Assembly: GCA_963804955.1 (NCBI GenBank)
Contig: CAWDSQ010000005.1
Coordinates: 160,001 to 224,000, forward strand
From: an uncultured delta proteobacterium
GTDB taxonomy: Bacteria; Desulfobacterota; WTBG01; CAIYCZ01; CAIRTM01
Length of the DNA stretch: 64,000 nucleotides
Direction: 5' to 3'
Shown: piece after piece, positions 62,689 through 64,000 of the stretch
How positions within the stretch are numbered: position 1 is the first letter of the stretch
Layout: each line of letters starts with the position of its first letter
Notes under the pieces: generated by a model
The model's input: only the letters and a program-made list of their open reading frames with translations
Told to the model about the DNA's origin: nothing
Databases searched by the model: none
Program-made: the position numbers and the translations under genes

Positions 62689-63301
62689 CTATATCGACGC
62701 GCCCTCAAGCCGCAGCAGCGATTTTTTGAGCTCGATTCCCTGGACAGCGGAAAAACCGCCCAGGCCCCCGTCTTCCCTGATTACCCGGTGGCAGGGAATG
62801 ATGATGGGAAAAGGGTTGCGTCCAAGGGCAGACCCCGACTGCGCGCATGGCCCGGGGGCTCCCGATTGCCTGAGCAAGCCAGCCATAGGTTCTCACCTGA
62901 CCGTAGGCAATGGCGGATGCCGCCTGCCAGACCTTTCTTTGAAACGCAGTTGCCGGGGCAAGATCAAGGGGGCAGTCAAAACAGGGCCCTTCCCCATTAA
63001 AATATTTTTGCAATTCCAGAACCGTTTCTTGGAAGCCGGTTTCCCCGCAGCTCATGCCGGGAAATTGTGCTGCCATGCGGTCAAGCAGGCCGTCACGGTC
63101 CGGCTCGGGCAGATAGATTCTTTGCAGGCCCGCAGCTCCCCCGACAATGCCGCCCCAGCCAAAGGGGGTCAAAAAGCAGCATGCTGTAGAGTTAGTTATA
63201 GCGGGCAGAATGTTGTATACTGATCTTTGTCTGTGTTGCCGGTTTTCAGCATAGGTGTGCCTGAAAAAGAACCAATTGCTGCGATAATAAACTATTGACA
63301 A
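62689..63301 (-). CDS. ogt: Methylated-DNA-protein-cysteine methyltransferase (frameshift near 62835; start uncertain)
   Basis: TAFQRKVW, YGQVRTY, RAVG, NPFPIIIPCHRV. Confidence 0.9.
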
Positions 63302-63378
63302 CAGGCTTAATTTTCACTATTATGTTCAATTCTCAAATATAAAAAAGGTAATTACTATTTTACAAAAGGAGTCTTTCA

Positions 63379-63651
63379 TTGGCAAATCACAAATCAGCTC
63401 TCAAGCGTCATCGTCAGAGTCTTGAAAACCGGGAGCGTAACCGTGCGACACGATCACGCATGAAAACCGCTGTCAAGGCCGTCACCCAGGCCGTTGAAAC
63501 CAAGGATGCCAATGCCGCAGCCGTTCTGAGCAGCGCTGTTTCCGTTGTGGCAAAGTCGGCATCCAAAGGGCTTATTCATAAAAACACCGCAGCCCGCAAA
63601 ATTTCCCGACTCACGAAACGCACCAACGCCGCGCTTCAGGCAAAAGCCTAA
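63379..63651 (+). CDS. rpsT: 30S ribosomal protein S20
   Basis: MANHKSALKR..IHKNTAARKISRL. Confidence 0.97.
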   Translation: MANHKSALKRHRQSLENRERNRATRSRMKTAVKAVTQAVETKDANAAAVLSSAVSVVAKSASKGLIHKNTAARKISRLTKRTNAALQAKA

Positions 63652-64000
63652 GCACGCAATTCCGTCAGCCGCAGCAGCAGCCGCTCAAGCACAATGCGGG
63701 CATCGGCCCTGCTTGACTTGGTCAGGCTGCTTGCCTCGAAAATTTCTTCAAAGATTCTACCCAGACGTTCAGCAGGCCAGCCTCTGGCCTGCTGCAGCAC
63801 TCCTTTTACAACGAATTCCGGCAGCCGCAGCCGCTGGCCGATACGGGACGAGGATTCATTCTGATTGAGCATCAGCCGGGCGGTGCCGATCAGCCTGAAC
63901 TGCCGGGCGATCATTTTCAGTACAACCAGCGGATGCACCCCTGAACCCAGAATGCCTCCGAGCAGCTCCAGGGACTGCTCAAGCCGGCCCTGCCCCACGG
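63648..64000 (-). CDS. holA: DNA polymerase III delta subunit, C-terminal part
   Basis: PLVVLKMIARQFRL..LERLLL; adjacency to rpsT. Confidence 0.8.
   Translation of the reverse strand, partial: VGQGRLEQSLELLGGILGSGVHPLVVLKMIARQFRLIGTARLMLNQNESSSRIGQRLRLPEFVVKGVLQQARGWPAERLGRIFEEIFEASSLTKSSRADARIVLERLLLRLTELRA

Overview
64 kb of bacterial chromosome, most consistent with an anaerobic, selenocysteine-using deltaproteobacterium (Desulfobacterota-like; inferred from gene content only). In order: an hdrA / Sec-mvhD / split HdrL-like cluster; an acyl-CoA carboxyltransferase; an AlkP-TPR-sulfotransferase fusion; a metal-homeostasis island (P-type ATPase, ZIP, CusRS/CzcRS-like pair, CzcCBA, P-II, chelatase-like lipoprotein, and a mono-heme protein with seven 95-aa repeats); a PerR locus with a di-heme peroxidase-like gene and an internally deleted catalase; a ~16 kb accessory stretch (34.7-51 kb) of unrelated single genes separated by a shared set of same-strand repeats; a DUF134-NifB/X-Mrp operon; and core genes (csp, M20 peptidase, ogt, rpsT, holA). 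About 14 single-base frameshifts are probably long-read assembly errors. Best leads: (1) the cassette-like array delimited by six intergenic TTGTTGAATT sites and a 240-bp direct repeat; (2) an unannotated 90-aa Cys-bracketed C-terminal domain shared by two unrelated secreted proteins rich in D-N-x-S/T sequons; (3) the heme-on-a-stalk protein with a CusR-type box; (4) nested MITE-like elements; (5) three deletion-fusion gene scars. Family calls come from motif recognition by eye; no database searches were run.
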